Below, piece by piece: positions 50,066-59,481 of a stretch of DNA of 64,000 bases. The first letter of the stretch is position 1. Each line of letters begins with the position of its first letter. The stretch covers positions 1,216,001-1,280,000 of the forward strand of contig OZ241329.1 in assembly GCA_965199825.1 (NCBI GenBank), given 5' to 3'. The notes under the pieces are model-generated. The model ran no database searches, was not told the DNA's origin, and saw only the letters and a list, made by a program, of their open reading frames with translations. Source of the DNA: Bdellovibrionales bacterium (GTDB lineage: Bacteria; Bdellovibrionota; Bdellovibrionia; Bdellovibrionales; UBA1609). The position numbers were made by a program, and so were the translations under genes.

Positions 50066-51280
50066 ATGTTTTTATTTCTAATTTTTCTGATCCCTGCCTT
50101 TGCCAGGCTTGATGCGCCTTTGCCCCAACAATATATTTCTGGCAAAGAGCTGTGCGAGCGATCACAAACTCAAAATGAGGATCGCGGTTTTTTTGTTGAT
50201 GTCCCGATTGATTATCAAGACCTGTCAAAGGGACTCACTCCCATCTACGGATTTTTTCCTTTTGCCCCCTTTGATCCCCAAAAGCCTTCACTGATTTATT
50301 TTTCGGGTGGACCTGGATATTCAGGGCATCATCTTTCGCTCGAGGATCATCCCGGAAGTTTATTTAGTGAATATAATGTTTTGCTTTTTGATCAACGTGG
50401 AACAGGGTGTTCTCGGCCTGCGACCTCTGAACTTTATAAATCTTTTGATTTTTATAGTTCTGTTGCCACAGCCCGCGATGCTGAAGCTCTACGGCAGCAC
50501 TTAAATATTTCAAAGTGGTCGGTGGTGGGACGCTCCTATGGAGCGGTGCCCGCATTTATATCGGCGTCGTTGTTTCAAACAAAAAGTGTTTCGCTCACCC
50601 TTTTTGCCGCATTAATGGATAAAAACAAACAGCATCAAACGATTGAAAAATATGATGAGTGGCTCCTACAGCATTCAGAGGTTCAAAAGGCTTTCAATGC
50701 CGCCACCTATTTACCTGGATATGATGAAATCCAAATTGAAGAATTTAAAGAAAATATTTTCCAGCGATTTTATGACCATATCAAAACACATGGAACGATT
50801 GGGCTCGAAGTCTTTTCACAAAAGATGATTGAGCAAATTCAATATGCAATTGCACCACAAATTTTAAGATCGCAAATCACCCATATCGAAGATTTATTTT
50901 CCAAGTCTGATCCAAATGTCTTTTATATTTTAAAATCAAAAGAAAATTTGTTGGGCGATATGCAACCGTTCGGTATGAAGCAATCTCTTTACGAACACTA
51001 TCCGGTTGAAATTCCGACTACCTTTTTTCAAGGTCTTCATGACCCGAGAACTCCGGCGTCTCGTGTTTTAAGATATTTAAAAAATCATCGTCAGGTCCAA
51101 GTTTATTTGTTCGATGAGGCCGGGCATATGGTGGTGAACCCTCAAGTCGAAGGTCAATCAAATTTATTTACAGCACCTTCGTGGGTTTTGGAACAAGCCC
51201 TTCGTGGTGAAATCAGCAAATACCCCTGCCAAAAGTTTTTAGAAAAAGGCACCAAGCGCTTACTTTTGTCGCGACCATAG
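50066..51280 (+). CDS. Secreted alpha/beta hydrolase (prolyl aminopeptidase-like)
   Basis: Signal peptide; GGPG, DQRGTG, GRSYG nucleophile elbow, QGLHDPRTP, AGH; C-terminal CQKFL. Confidence 0.85.
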   Translation: MFLFLIFLIPAFARLDAPLPQQYISGKELCERSQTQNEDRGFFVDVPIDYQDLSKGLTPIYGFFPFAPFDPQKPSLIYFSGGPGYSGHHLSLEDHPGSLFSEYNVLLFDQRGTGCSRPATSELYKSFDFYSSVATARDAEALRQHLNISKWSVVGRSYGAVPAFISASLFQTKSVSLTLFAALMDKNKQHQTIEKYDEWLLQHSEVQKAFNAATYLPGYDEIQIEEFKENIFQRFYDHIKTHGTIGLEVFSQKMIEQIQYAIAPQILRSQITHIEDLFSKSDPNVFYILKSKENLLGDMQPFGMKQSLYEHYPVEIPTTFFQGLHDPRTPASRVLRYLKNHRQVQVYLFDEAGHMVVNPQVEGQSNLFTAPSWVLEQALRGEISKYPCQKFLEKGTKRLLLSRP

Positions 51281-51347
51281 GCCTGTCTAAGAGATCCGCA
51301 GAAGTCGTACCAATCAGGTTTTCAGGCTCTAAGCCCGAAAACTTTGA

Positions 51348-52835
51348 ATGGCATTCTTACTCCTGTTCTTTAGTCTTAGTTTCGCAACCGAAGTCTCTCA
51401 CTGTACTCAAGGCAAAATTGACGGTGAATACCTCGTTCGCTACCAAGAGACTTTAAGTCAATTTCGTACATTCACTTTGAATGTGATCTTAAAACCTGAT
51501 CGTGTTTTGTATCGACCAAAAAATCTCAAAGTCGATGTGATCAGCGATCCATTTTTTTCGGCACAGGCAGTCAGGCGAGTTGAACCCACCATTTCGGTTT
51601 TTTCAAATCGTTCTGAGGCCGACATGCAAATTTTTTTAAACCGCGGCGATGTGCTCTCTGTAGAAGAAAATTGTTTAGTTCATTCTTCATCACAAGCCAT
51701 CACCAATGATCCACTAGTGGGCAAGCAATGGTATCTCAATAGCATTCAAGCACCAAAAGCTTGGAGCAAAACAAATGGCAGTCATGATGTAACCGTTGCG
51801 GTGATCGACACCGGTGTAGATATTGATCACGAAGACCTGATTGAAAATCGTTGGATCAATGAGGCCGAACTCAATGGCCGCCCCGGAGTTGATGACGATG
51901 CCAATGGCTATATTGATGATGTCTATGGTTATAATTTTAACGGCAAAAATCCAGATCCTCGTCCCGGAAATTTGAGCGATGATGAGCATGGAACACATGT
52001 GGCCGGAATTATCGCCGCTCGCGGAAATAATGCCCAAGGCATTGCAGGCATCGCATGGCACCTCAATATTATGCCGTTGCGAGTTTTTGCAAGCGGCGGC
52101 GATGCAGCAGTTTCTGATATGGTCTCAGCCGTTTTTTATGCGGTCGATAACGGAGCTCGAGTGATTAACTCAAGCGTTGGAGCTCTTGCTCCTGCAACAG
52201 AAGCCGAAAAGCAAGCCTACACCTATGCTCTAAACCACGGAGTGATTCCATTTGTGGCAGCCGGAAATAATGGATTGGATGCGATGGCCTCTTCACCCGC
52301 ATCGATCACTGGCGTATTTGTGGTGGGCAGTACCGATGGATCAAGCGACCTTGCAAACTTTAGCAATTATGGCAGCAAAGTAAATATGCTTGCTCCGGGT
52401 ACCGCAATTTATTCTACAGTGCTTAATAACCAATATGATTATTTGAGCGGAACCAGCATGTCGACACCGATTGTGGCGGGAGCTGCAGCGCTGATGCTTT
52501 CGGTGAATAATTCGCTTAAAGGTTCAGACATTCAAAAATTACTTATGAGTTCCGCCTCCACAATTAAAGTTCACCAAAGAACTGGTGTTGGCTCGTACAA
52601 ATTCCTTAATGTGGCGGGTGCAGTACAGTTGGCACAAAAATCGGTATCATCAAAGGTAATGTCGTTTGATTCTGAAGCGGGGCAAAGTACTTTGTCCTCG
52701 GAATCGCCTCAGTCGCCTTCGACGGGATGCGGAAGAGTTTCTGGGGACTCTTCAAATTCTGTGTTGAGCGTGATGATATTGATGATTCCACTTGTGATGC
52801 TGATTCAACGGCGCAGGCGGGCTCGTTTTGTTTGA
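51348..52835 (+). CDS. S8 subtilisin-like serine protease with C-terminal GC-TM-basic sorting signal
   Basis: VAVIDTG, HGTHVAG, AAGN, GTSMSTP; tail TGCG...VLSVMILMIPLVMLIQRRRR. Confidence 0.93.
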   Translation: MAFLLLFFSLSFATEVSHCTQGKIDGEYLVRYQETLSQFRTFTLNVILKPDRVLYRPKNLKVDVISDPFFSAQAVRRVEPTISVFSNRSEADMQIFLNRGDVLSVEENCLVHSSSQAITNDPLVGKQWYLNSIQAPKAWSKTNGSHDVTVAVIDTGVDIDHEDLIENRWINEAELNGRPGVDDDANGYIDDVYGYNFNGKNPDPRPGNLSDDEHGTHVAGIIAARGNNAQGIAGIAWHLNIMPLRVFASGGDAAVSDMVSAVFYAVDNGARVINSSVGALAPATEAEKQAYTYALNHGVIPFVAAGNNGLDAMASSPASITGVFVVGSTDGSSDLANFSNYGSKVNMLAPGTAIYSTVLNNQYDYLSGTSMSTPIVAGAAALMLSVNNSLKGSDIQKLLMSSASTIKVHQRTGVGSYKFLNVAGAVQLAQKSVSSKVMSFDSEAGQSTLSSESPQSPSTGCGRVSGDSSNSVLSVMILMIPLVMLIQRRRRARFV

Positions 52836-52840
52836 CGTGG

Positions 52841-53323
52841 TGTCGTGCCCGCAGGTTTGAGCGGCGGGGAATGGTTTCCGAAGTGCATTTCAGTTTGTCG
52901 TGCCCGCTGGGCTAGGGGAGCAGGAGGATGCTTTTCGAACTTCACTTGAGTGTGTCTTGCCCGCTGTTGTAAGCGGTGGGGGAATGGTTTTCGAAGTTCG
53001 TGTTAGTTTGTCGTCCCCGTCGTTTTTTTGAATGTGGCGTTCGAAGGATCAATCGCAGCTCTGGGCAGTTTATCGTGCCCGCATTTTTTTGGGCAGCTTG
53101 AGAATGGCTTCCGAAATTTATGTTAGTGTGCCGTGCCCGCAGGTTTGAGCGGCGAGGACATTGTTTCCGAAGTTCATTTTAGTTTGTCGTGCCCGCAGGG
53201 CTATGGGAGCGGGAGGATGCTTTTCGAACTTCGCTTGAGTATGTCGTGCCCGCTGTTTCAACCCGCAACTCAAGGTGACGCCGTAAAGCTGAGTCGCAGC
53301 TCTAGGCAGTTTATAGTGCCCGC
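52841..53323 (+). repeat. Tandem array of 9 degenerate units (55-70 bp) with core TGTCGTGCCCGC
   Basis: Cores at 52841, 52896, 52953, 53009, 53071, 53129, 53185, 53242 and 53312; second block ATG..TT(T/C)CGAA in most units. Confidence 0.9.
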
Positions 53324-53558
53324 AATTTTTAAATAAAAATAAATAATCAAAATTTGTTGACACGTTTTTTACTGTTATCTTTGGGCCTGAGTTGAGTTTG
53401 CGAGTTGCGACGCTTTTGTTTTTCTGTCTTACTCAAATAAAATGCTTTAGTGGGCCTAATAGTCGTAGAAATTAAGACGTTAGAAAACCTCCGCCCATAG
53501 ACCAAAATCTTATTTCTCAAAACCCATGATAAGATCTTCTTTTAAACAGGAGATAGTT

Positions 53559-54380
53559 ATGGATCATTTGGTTGTTCACTCTCAAGCTGTCAAAGCGGCT
53601 CAAGCTCATCGTAAATCTGAAATGGATTTGCTCAATGCTTTAGAAATTGTTTGGAAAAATAAAACTTTTTATAAGTTTGGATGTAATTCATTGTTTGAAT
53701 ACTCAACTCAGCAATTAAAACTTTCTGAAGAGATGGCCAGCATCGTCAATAAAATTGCCAAAAAATTTACTGAACTGCCTGAATTAAAACTAGGCATGGA
53801 GTCGGGTGATATCTCACTCTCAAAAGTCAATCGCATCGCTTCTGTTGTCACTCCAGACAATGTTCAACACTGGATAGATTTAGCCAAAGGCACAAAACGC
53901 AATCTAGAAAAAGAAATCGCAAAAGTTCAGCCAGAAAAAGCAATTCCCGAGCGGGCACGATATCAAAAAGCTGGGGACACTTTGAGGGTTCAGATTTCTT
54001 TTTCGGTCACGCAAGAAGAATACGCGGTTTTTGAACGCACCAGAGATCTGTTGAGCCAAAAATTAAAACGTCCCGCGAGTATTGGCCAAACACATGTTGC
54101 CGCCATTTATGAACTCAACCAAAAATTAGATCCACTTAAAAAACCGATCCGAGAAAAAGCAACGGGCACCACAAAATTGACACTTAATTTAAAAAGAAAA
54201 TTGCACCACAAATACGACAGTCAGTGCACGCATGTTGATTCAAAAGGACAGCGCTGTACCCAGAGGCGGCATCTTGATATTCATCATATTGTTCCTCAGT
54301 CACACGGTGGAACTCATACCGAAGATAATCTCACCCTGCTGTGTTCGGGGCACCATCGTGCCCACCATCGAAATATGTGA
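53559..54380 (+). CDS. HNH endonuclease (DUF222/13E12-like helical N-terminus), intact
   Basis: QCTH...RC..RHLDIHHIVP.SHGG...NLTLLCSGHHRAHH; AACAGGAG RBS before ATG 53559. Confidence 0.9.
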   Translation: MDHLVVHSQAVKAAQAHRKSEMDLLNALEIVWKNKTFYKFGCNSLFEYSTQQLKLSEEMASIVNKIAKKFTELPELKLGMESGDISLSKVNRIASVVTPDNVQHWIDLAKGTKRNLEKEIAKVQPEKAIPERARYQKAGDTLRVQISFSVTQEEYAVFERTRDLLSQKLKRPASIGQTHVAAIYELNQKLDPLKKPIREKATGTTKLTLNLKRKLHHKYDSQCTHVDSKGQRCTQRRHLDIHHIVPQSHGGTHTEDNLTLLCSGHHRAHHRNM

Positions 54381-54470
54381 CCCCTTCACAATCATTTTTT
54401 ACAGAGGTGAGATCAACACCTTGCAAAGATCTTTCAGGCCGCTCAGAATTAAAGCACAAAGCGAGGTCTC

Positions 54471-55478
54471 ATGTCAGCCAACCAATTTGGAAACTTATTT
54501 TGTTTAACAACGTTTGGTGAAAGCCATGGGCCGGCGATGGGTGCGCTCATCGATGGGTGCCCTGCGGGTGTCGAATTTGATCAACAACTGCTCTTAACTC
54601 AACTCGCACGGCGAAGGCCTGGCCAAAGTGCGGTGGTCAGCTCACGTCAAGAGGAAGACCTTCCCGAAATTTTAAGTGGGGTCTTTCAAGGAAAAACTTT
54701 GGGCACTCCCATACTCATCGTGGTTAAAAATAAAGATCAGCGCTCGGAAGATTATCAATCGCTTAAAGATCGGATAGGCCATGCCGATGATGTGTGGCGA
54801 GAGAAATTTGCACACGTTGACCCGCGCGGGGGAGGACGCAGCTCGGGGCGCGAGACTCTCTCAAGAGTGTTAGGTGGTGCGGTGGCCGAGATGTTTTTAA
54901 AAAGCCTGCACCCCGATTTAAAAATTGTGGTGGCGGTTGAGCAAATTGGTAAAAACAAATCCACAATTCCTCAAGACCTCACGCGGGAACGAGTGGATCA
55001 ATCTTTAGTTCGCATGCCCGACCTTCAAGTTTCAGATCAAGTCATAAAAATTTTAGAGCAAGCCAAGATCGATGGCGAAAGTTATGGCGGGGTAGCTCTA
55101 TTGCGAATTACCGGAATGCCGAAGTCCTTAGGCCAGCCGGTGTTTCATAAACTCAAAAGTGATTTGGCCTCGGCGTTGATGGGAGTCGGTGCGACTTGTG
55201 GTGTGGAGTTTGGATCGGCGGACGTCAGCCTTAAAGGAACAGAATTTCATAAACAAAATCTATATGGTGGAGTGCGTGGTGGGATTTCGACGGGTGAGCT
55301 TTTAGAAGTTCGGGTGAAGTTTAAGCCCACGTCGAGTATTTTGGATGTAGCAAAAAAAGGCAGGCATGATCCTTGTATCGTACCTAGAGCGTGCAGTGTG
55401 ATCGAAGGTATGGCGGCTCTTGTTTTGGCGGATCATGTTCTGTGGCAGCGGCTTGATCAGTTGACCATTCCGCGATAA
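54471..55478 (+). CDS. aroC: Chorismate synthase
   Basis: TFGESHG, RRRPGQS, GGGRSSGRET, GGISTG, FKPTSSI, GRHDPCI. Confidence 0.96.
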   Translation: MSANQFGNLFCLTTFGESHGPAMGALIDGCPAGVEFDQQLLLTQLARRRPGQSAVVSSRQEEDLPEILSGVFQGKTLGTPILIVVKNKDQRSEDYQSLKDRIGHADDVWREKFAHVDPRGGGRSSGRETLSRVLGGAVAEMFLKSLHPDLKIVVAVEQIGKNKSTIPQDLTRERVDQSLVRMPDLQVSDQVIKILEQAKIDGESYGGVALLRITGMPKSLGQPVFHKLKSDLASALMGVGATCGVEFGSADVSLKGTEFHKQNLYGGVRGGISTGELLEVRVKFKPTSSILDVAKKGRHDPCIVPRACSVIEGMAALVLADHVLWQRLDQLTIPR

Positions 55479-56167
55479 ACAAAACTTGCTCCGCACATCA
55501 AAGTTTGAAACTCAACTTTTGAAAACTGACCTGTTTGTTTCATCAATTCAACAAATTCTGTTTTGGCCGGAAATGTTCCAGAGGATTTATTTAAATATTC
55601 ATAAGCCCACTTTTGGCCGGTGACTACAGCACCAATACGAGGGACGATTTTTTCGAAATAAAATCGCATCAAAGGTCTTAACATATTTTTTTGGTCATCG
55701 CCGGTTTCTAAAATCATAACGGTGCCACCTTTTTTTGTGACTCGGGCCATCTCGGATAAGGCCTTTACCGGATCTGAAACATTGCGAATGCCGTAGGCGA
55801 TACTTGTGACATTAAACGAATTATCTTTAAAAGGCAGATTCATCGCATCGGCCACTTCAAAATCCACTTTTAAGTTTTTTTTGAATGCCTTTTTTGGTGC
55901 AAGCTCGAGCATCTCTTTACAAAAATCGGTTCCCACAACGTGAGAGGTGGCTCCTAAATATTTTTTGAATTCGATTGCGAGATCTCCCGTTCCGGTTGCG
56001 CAGTCTAACACCGAATCGCCAGGCTGAGCCCGACTCCAACGTACAACTTTTTTGCGCCATTTTCTGGCCATCCCAAAAGTCATCACATCATTGGCGCGGT
56101 CATAGCGTTGCGAGATGCTGGCAAATAAATTTTTTATTTTTTGTGGATCTTTTTGGGCGTTGGTCAT
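55457..56167 (-). CDS. ubiE: Demethylmenaquinone methyltransferase (UbiE/MenG)
   Basis: YDRANDVMTFG, VLDCATGTGD, YGIRNV, AYEYL. Confidence 0.93.
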   Translation of the reverse strand: MTNAQKDPQKIKNLFASISQRYDRANDVMTFGMARKWRKKVVRWSRAQPGDSVLDCATGTGDLAIEFKKYLGATSHVVGTDFCKEMLELAPKKAFKKNLKVDFEVADAMNLPFKDNSFNVTSIAYGIRNVSDPVKALSEMARVTKKGGTVMILETGDDQKNMLRPLMRFYFEKIVPRIGAVVTGQKWAYEYLNKSSGTFPAKTEFVELMKQTGQFSKVEFQTLMCGASFVYRGMVN

Positions 56168-56943
56168 TTGCGGGCCTCCAAAATTTTTGGCAATCGCATC
56201 ATCAATTCTTCGAACTGTTGATAGTTGAGGGCTTGGTCTTTATCAGACAATGCTTTTTCGGGTTCGGGATGAACCTCAATCATCACCCCATCGGCCCCCA
56301 CCGCGGCTGCGGCCAAAGCTAAAGGTGCAACAAGATGGGCAATGCCGGTCCCATGTGAGGGATCAACAATCACCGGCAGCTCCGACATTGTTTTCAAAAG
56401 AGCGACCGCATTGAGATCAAGAGTGTTTCGGGTTGCGGTTTCAAAAGTACGAATGCCGCGCTCACAAAAAATCACCTGGTCATTGCCACCTTTTAAAATA
56501 TATTCGGAGGCCGAAACCCATTCATGAACGTAAGCCGAAAATCCACGCTTTAAAACCACCGGCGTGCGACCAAGCCCAAGTTCTTTGAGTAATTCGTAAT
56601 TGTACATATTGCGTGAGCCCACTTGAAAACCATCAACAACCTCCGACATTTCTTCGATCTGTCTTGGGTCGGTGACTTCGGCAATCACAGGAAGTCCTGT
56701 CAGTTGTCGAACGGTGTGAACGATGGAATAGGCTTTTTGTTTTAAGCCCTGGAAATTGGATGGGCTTGTGCGCATCTTGTAGATGCCACCACGAAGTTGG
56801 GTCGCACCTTTTGATTTTACAAATTGGGCCACATCGATAAAATGCTGTTCGGATTCAATCGAGCAGGGGCCTGCAATCACCGCAAAGTGATCAGGACCAA
56901 TCGTTGTATTTCCAATCTTGACCGCTCGTGTTTGGTGTTTCAT
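56164..56943 (-). CDS. aroF: DAHP synthase, class I-beta
   Basis: IAGPCSIES, RGGIYKMRTSP, LKRG, CERGIRTF, VDPSHGTG, EVHP; ATG 56943 with AAGGA RBS. Confidence 0.9.
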   Translation of the reverse strand: MKHQTRAVKIGNTTIGPDHFAVIAGPCSIESEQHFIDVAQFVKSKGATQLRGGIYKMRTSPSNFQGLKQKAYSIVHTVRQLTGLPVIAEVTDPRQIEEMSEVVDGFQVGSRNMYNYELLKELGLGRTPVVLKRGFSAYVHEWVSASEYILKGGNDQVIFCERGIRTFETATRNTLDLNAVALLKTMSELPVIVDPSHGTGIAHLVAPLALAAAAVGADGVMIEVHPEPEKALSDKDQALNYQQFEELMMRLPKILEARK

Positions 56944-56953
56944 GACTTCCTTT

Positions 56954-57964
56954 ATGACTTTGCAAGAACTCTTGAAAAAACCGATCGCCTTTGTCAGAAA
57001 AAATTCGAACACTTGGGCGTTTGCTCTTCATATTGAATGTGTCAAAGGCAGACTACAGCCGCAAGATTTTTTTGTCTGTGATTTTTATCCATTCGATCTT
57101 ACAATCCTACGTCCAGAACGGTCTGTTGCACTAATGCCCAACGATCTCGATGATCTGCTCGAGCATCACAAAACAAATTTTGATTTTACCGAGCCTCAAA
57201 AAGAGACTTTTTTAAACACCTTTGAATCTTTGATGGATCAATTGAAACAAAGCCAATTTCAAAAAGCGGTGCCCGTAGTCGCCGCCACAAGTTCGCATCA
57301 ACCAAAAATTGTTGAGAGGCTTTCGATTTTAAAAAAACTGATCTCAGCACCAATGTCGGTTATCCCATATGGCTACTGGGCTAAAGATCAGGGTCTGATT
57401 GGGGCCACTCCAGAAATTTTATTAAAGCAAATTTCACAAACCGAATTTTTAACCATGGCGGTTGCGGGAACTCGGTTTGAAAAAGATTTGCCCTCGCTAT
57501 TAGATCGTCCAAAAGATTTAAGCGAGCATCAATTTGTGATTGATGACATCACTCAATGTTTAAAGCCTTACGGTGAGGTGAGTGTTGGCGAAACCTTGGA
57601 GGTCTCAAGCGGGCAGCTCAAACATTTAAAGACCGAAATTAAACTTCGATCCCATGCGGATTTTATGACATTGTTAAAAGCACTTCATCCAACAGCGGCA
57701 CTTGGAGCATTTCCGCGGGCAAAGGGTTTGAGTTGGCTCAACCAACAGCCCCGCCCATCGAAATCTTTTGGTGCTCCTTTTGGATATTGTGATGAGTGGG
57801 GATTATGCACCGCTCTGGTCGCCATCCGAAATATTGAATGGGATGTAAATAAATTAAGTTTAGGATCGGGTTGTGGAATTGTGCGCGAAAGTCAGTTTGA
57901 AAAAGAATGGGAAGAACTAAAAATGAAGCGCCAGTCGGTCCGCTCAATTTTGGGAATCGAATGA
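56954..57964 (+). CDS. menF: Isochorismate synthase
   Basis: GATPEIL, AVAGT, EHQFV, LHPTAALG, VAIRN, GCGIV; head of the men operon; start uncertain (56942 or 56954). Confidence 0.88.
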   Translation: MTLQELLKKPIAFVRKNSNTWAFALHIECVKGRLQPQDFFVCDFYPFDLTILRPERSVALMPNDLDDLLEHHKTNFDFTEPQKETFLNTFESLMDQLKQSQFQKAVPVVAATSSHQPKIVERLSILKKLISAPMSVIPYGYWAKDQGLIGATPEILLKQISQTEFLTMAVAGTRFEKDLPSLLDRPKDLSEHQFVIDDITQCLKPYGEVSVGETLEVSSGQLKHLKTEIKLRSHADFMTLLKALHPTAALGAFPRAKGLSWLNQQPRPSKSFGAPFGYCDEWGLCTALVAIRNIEWDVNKLSLGSGCGIVRESQFEKEWEELKMKRQSVRSILGIE

Positions 57965-59481
57965 ATATCACCTTTGCTCAAAAAATAATAAGCGAGCTCG
58001 CAAACTTTGGGGTCGACGAATATATTGTTTGCCCCGGTGCGCGCAATGCACCCTTTGTGGTCGCACTTCAAAAGGCGCGGGGGGTTTCGACCTTTCATCA
58101 TTTTGAAGAACGCAGTGCGAGCTTTTTCGCCCTTGGCCGAATCAAGACTCACGGTCGAGCGGTTGCGGTGGTGACCACCTCTGGAACGGCTGTGGCCGAA
58201 TGTTTTGCGGCGGTGATTGAGGCTTATTACTCAGGACTTCCATTGGTGATTATTTCTGCTGATCGGCCAGAACGCTATCGGGGTTCGGGTGCTCCCCAAG
58301 TGATTGAGCAAAAAAATATTTTTGGGATTTATGCCGACCCCACGATGGATTTGTCGACTTTTAAAAAATGGAAGTGGAAGCAGAACCGAACGCTTCATCT
58401 CAATATCTGTTTTGATGAGCCCTTATTGAGCGGGGAAGCCACTTTTTTTAAGCCCGAAATAAAGCATCGACCAGTTGAGCGTGTCACTTATGATAGCGAA
58501 CGGCTCAATGCCTTTAAGAGCCAAAAGCCAGTAGTTATTTTAGGCGCATTGTCGCGTGCCGAAAAAGATATGGTGATTCCAGAACTTCAACGTTTGAAGT
58601 TGCCGATTTATGCCGAGGCCTTGTCACATTGTCGTGAAGCGCATCAATTGGATGGTTACATTCTTCACTCAGGTGAAAAGATTCTTTCGCGTTTGAATGC
58701 CGATGGAGTGATCCGGATTGGGAGTGTCCCCACTGCTCGGTTTTGGCGAGATCTCGAAAACTCAAAGCTCAATGTGGTTTCGTTTTCTCATTTGCCATTT
58801 AGCGGTTTATCGCGCGATCCGTTAGCTCCTTTACCACTCGAAGCCCTCAAAAATTTAAAAACCTTTAATTGGACCACAACCGAACTCCAAAAGGTGTGGG
58901 ATCTTGATCACAAACAAAGTTTAAAACTCGATCAACTGCTAAAAAAATATCCACGCTCTGAAGCCTCCTTTGTGAGTCATCTGTCAGGCCGGCTCGAGAC
59001 CAATGCAAAAATCTATCTCGGCAATTCACTTCCCATCAGACATTGGGATTTGGTGTCTGGATTTGAAAATCGCGATCTCGATTATCAGGCGAACCGCGGA
59101 GCGAATGGGATTGATGGTCAGCTTTCGACTTTTTTTGGATGGTGTACGAAGGAAGAGATCAATTATGGGTTGGTTGGCGATTTGACCGCACTTTATGATT
59201 TTGCATCCTTGTGGCTCACTCCCACTGAATCTCAATTTCATTTGATCATTTTAAATAATCACGGCGGCTCTATTTTTAAACCCATGTTTAAGAATGCCGC
59301 TTTCGAAAATCGCCATAAACTTAATTTTTCGAGTTGGGCTGAGCAATTTTCGCTCTCGTATAAAAAAATTGAGGATGTCGAGTCACTGGATCATTTTGCC
59401 CAAATCAATGAACTTTGTCCCGATACCATAAGCAGCGAAAAGTTTCATGAAGCTTGGGGCAAATCTTGGCTCAAAAAATAA
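57961..59481 (+). CDS. menD: SEPHCHC synthase
   Basis: CPGARNAP, EERSASFFALG, TTSGTA, ADRP, NRGANGIDG, GDLT. Confidence 0.95.
   Translation: MNITFAQKIISELANFGVDEYIVCPGARNAPFVVALQKARGVSTFHHFEERSASFFALGRIKTHGRAVAVVTTSGTAVAECFAAVIEAYYSGLPLVIISADRPERYRGSGAPQVIEQKNIFGIYADPTMDLSTFKKWKWKQNRTLHLNICFDEPLLSGEATFFKPEIKHRPVERVTYDSERLNAFKSQKPVVILGALSRAEKDMVIPELQRLKLPIYAEALSHCREAHQLDGYILHSGEKILSRLNADGVIRIGSVPTARFWRDLENSKLNVVSFSHLPFSGLSRDPLAPLPLEALKNLKTFNWTTTELQKVWDLDHKQSLKLDQLLKKYPRSEASFVSHLSGRLETNAKIYLGNSLPIRHWDLVSGFENRDLDYQANRGANGIDGQLSTFFGWCTKEEINYGLVGDLTALYDFASLWLTPTESQFHLIILNNHGGSIFKPMFKNAAFENRHKLNFSSWAEQFSLSYKKIEDVESLDHFAQINELCPDTISSEKFHEAWGKSWLKK

Noticed and set aside
52841..53323. CRISPR array
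   Set aside because: The conserved core is only ~12 bp, the inter-core segments are related to each other rather than unique spacers, and there are no cas genes.
52727..53363. Short ORFs over the array (LSCP-repeat peptides)
   Set aside because: Most unit lengths are not multiples of three and there are no convincing RBSs; these are by-products of the DNA repeat.
53357..53385. Sigma-70 promoter at TTGACA
   Set aside because: No properly spaced -10 box; kept only as a sequence shared by the two HNH loci.
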